From: Lama guanicoe | Taxonomy: Eukaryota | NCBI GenBank assembly: GCA_013239625.1 | Contig: MU054212.1 | Span: 4,684,270-4,748,269 of the forward strand | Length of the DNA: 64,000 bases | Direction of reading: 5' to 3' | Part shown: one piece after another, positions 61,101 through 64,000 of the stretch | How the letters are laid out: every line of letters starts with the position of its first letter | Numbering within the stretch: the first letter of the stretch is position 1 | Notes under the pieces: model-generated | What the model saw: the letters and a program-made list of their open reading frames with translations, nothing else | Told to the model about the DNA's origin: nothing | Database searches by the model: none | Program-made: the position numbers and the translations under genes

Positions 61101-63699
61101 ATGTTGACTAAGTCCAAAGAGGGTGTTTTTCTGAGTGATTAATGGGTTAGAATATGTGAGGAGAGTATTCTATGAACTATGACACTGGAACTGTTGCCCT
61201 TTCAACTACAGTAGTTAGCCTCTTTCAGTTGTAGAGAAACCAGTAAAACATAGGGCTGGAGACAGGGTTGATTCAAACGCTTCATTTTTTATTTCTAAGC
61301 CCCAAACCCTCAGAAAGACATAACTGGAGAATTTCTCGGTCTAATTTATAAAAAGTAAAATTAGTATTTTTGATAAATCTGGAAATTGTTTCGTGCTAAT
61401 TGTCTAATTTAGTATTCAGGTTGGAATCACAAGGTTTTTTGAAAAATGGGTCAAAAAAGATAAATTAGTTTTGCTACTAACAAGAATTCTGAGCTAAATA
61501 GCAGTTTTGCTCTAGGCTCAGTAATTAAATCTCCTCGGCGTGATATTATGTTGCCTCTTTCTTTAGCCTTGTTCCTGTGCTAATTGTCCTTAATCTATTA
61601 TTGATCATGGAAAATTTCTCCCTAACCTTCCCATCATCTAAATCAATTTCTCAAATCCAATCAATAATTCTGTTTTCAGCTAGCTTCCTTCATTTCTGCA
61701 CTGCTAAGTCTTTCCCCAATTTAAATAAAAATTCAAATTATCTTGTATAATATCTGTAGACAAATTAATAGATCTCACTACATATACCATTTCAGGAAAC
61801 AGAAAAGGAATTGGGTAGGTACCCTTCCTCTGGTTAACTTTTCAAGAATATAGTGTATAATTCATCTCTTGTTTTAAATACTCTTCATTTTAACATTTAT
61901 ATCCTCTGTAATATATTTGACGTTGAACTTAGTGGGACAAGTAAGTAGTGTGTTCCATCAAAAGGGCCTGATGAAAAATTTATGTGAGAGCAGAGCAGTT
62001 ATGAGGACACTGAAAATATCTACCATGTAATCTTGCCCAGGAACTCCAGTCCTTTAATTGACATGCACAGGTATCAGTCAATTTAAGAAATATTTATAAG
62101 CACATGTGCAAGTATATGCATTATCTCTATTAGTCAAATGAAAATCGGTACATCACGAATGAAACATAATGACTAATAAACACCTCATAAAAACTGTTAT
62201 CATTTTAGTATATGTCATATTATTAATATAACTTACGTTAACATTGATGCCATCTTATTTCATTCTTTCATTCATCTTATTTCATTTATTTTCTCCACGT
62301 TGAATCCTTTACTAGCCATAGAAAGAGAAAACTGAAAGCTGCTTAGAGGCATTCTAGTTGCTTTCATTTATAGTTGAAACAAGGGAACAGTGACATTGAC
62401 TCCCCTAAGTGACAATTACATTTAGTAGCAGATTTGTCTAAAGCATACATGTCCTTATTCTTGTCCAATGTTATGATCTATATACACATAGACCCTGTTT
62501 CTTGCCTTCAGCTCACAAATAGAGAATTCACGGATTCCTCTCTCTTTCCCCTTACTATAATTCCTGCTGCATTTAAAACATTTTGCCAATACTTTTGTCA
62601 CTGTATAATCTGTTGTATGTATATAACATTGTATTTTTCTAGCATACTGCAAGTCTGGTGTCAATTTTAAACATTATTTCTACTAAAGAACTATTAAAAC
62701 TATACAGAAAACTTTCAGAATTTCATAGTGTTTAATATTTTAAATAATAATATGTAGAGGCAGAGTTACAATAGTGCACATTAAATATTAATATAAATTG
62801 TGTGAATATCCTAAACAAAATTTTGACAAGTTTAATACTTGATTTTAAAAGTAAAAAGGAGACAATTAAAAGCATAATAGTGTTAAATCAAGGAAATTTC
62901 AGTTAGCAATTTAAAATGTTATTATTTTAGCAATATAAGAACCATTTCAAATTGCCACATTTGCTCTAAAAAATAAGAAATAGATTTTAAACCTAAATAC
63001 AGAAACTGTATATTATTATAAAAAACATTTTCAGGTAAGTACAATAATATGCAAATAAATATTTTAAGCGTAAAATGTTTCCTAAAACAAAATATTCCTT
63101 TTTAGAGAAAAGAATAGATCACTAATTCTTTATAAATTTTGCTTCTAACCATAACCCTTAAATTAACTCCATGAGATAATTAGAATGAAATAGGGTACAA
63201 ATGGAAGCCTTGTAGCCCCCCAGGCATATTTACTGTTATAAAATGTCTTCCAAACTCAAATTTTAAAATTTTTGTCTCAAATTAATATATTGCTCCATTT
63301 ACCAGAAAAAAATATTTACAGATTCTTTGAATCTTCAGCCTTAAAAAAAACAGATCCTATATTTTTTAAAGGAGCAGAATAGCTTGTATTTCAAAATCAT
63401 GGAAAAAGAAGTATGTGGAAGTGCATATCTCGTCAAGTGTTACTATACAATATCTTTTGCATTTATGGGCATCCGTGTGCAGTAATATATTCTAGTGCTT
63501 CATGAAGGATGGTTTATATGTTATTGTTTTATCACCGCCTTCCAAATGTTCAAGCACTAGTGTAAGAGTATTCCTATGCACAATAACTGATTAACATAAT
63601 TACTACTCACCTGGTTGGCTCTATATATTACTTTATGTAAAATACTGTTGAACAGGTAATGAATTAAGAGAATTAAAATCTAAAACTTACGAAGTATAT

Positions 63700-64000
63700 C
63701 ATTTAAAAACCTCCTTCTTCCATTCTTTATCTGCCCAGTTCTCTGCAGTACCACATTCCCCATGTAATCAACCGTCACCAGCTTCCTTTCTAAGTATCTT
63801 TCAGAAAAATACAAGGATATGAAAATACTCTCCCCCTCCAGTACTATGTTGTTATATAGACTCTTCTGTTCCTTTATTTTACACTAAGCGATACTCTTTC
63901 TAGGAGTCCATTATCACTTTTAATAGCTGTATAGAATTTCAGATTATAGATGTAACTCAATTATTCAGCTAGCTTCAATGATAAGATTTTGCAGTTTAAC
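63700..64000 (-). mobile_element. L1ME 3' fragment
   Basis: 'cttttaatagctgtatagaatttcagattatagatgtaactcaattatt' is an antisense old L1 3' motif. Confidence 0.55.

Noticed and set aside
63000..63045. Perfect donor CAG|GTAAGT at ~63034
   Set aside because: No convincing upstream acceptor, and the preceding sequence is low-complexity AT-rich
1..64000. A novel multi-gene system, CRISPR array, operon or intact transposon
   Set aside because: The sequence is mammalian non-coding DNA: no long ORFs, no regularly spaced repeat-spacer array, and every transposable element is fragmentary

Overview
This is mammalian genomic DNA, not prokaryotic: AT-rich, CpG-poor, and roughly half decayed interspersed repeats (L1, L2, MIR, ERVL/ERV1 LTRs, hAT remnants, microsatellites). 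A young L1 3' end at ~24040-24253 resembles camelid L1 families as I recall them, so the source is probably a camel or alpaca; this is an inference. I found no intact protein-coding gene, RNA gene, CRISPR array or novel multi-gene system. The recognisable ORFs are L1 ORF2 debris and the rest look like chance ORFs. The window reads as a gene desert or a very large intron. The signals most worth following up are: a cluster of + strand candidate microexons at 49.4-49.9 kb (one folded into competing hairpins) plus 18-nt and 24-nt candidates at 45.4 and 54.7 kb; a consensus CTCF site at 14678-14691 convergent with a weaker one at 3919-3932; an orphan L1 5'UTR; a 33-bp L1 tail insertion with a perfect 12-bp target-site duplication; and an old locally templated insertion inside an L2. 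Repeat family names come from recalled consensus sequences and their boundaries are approximate.
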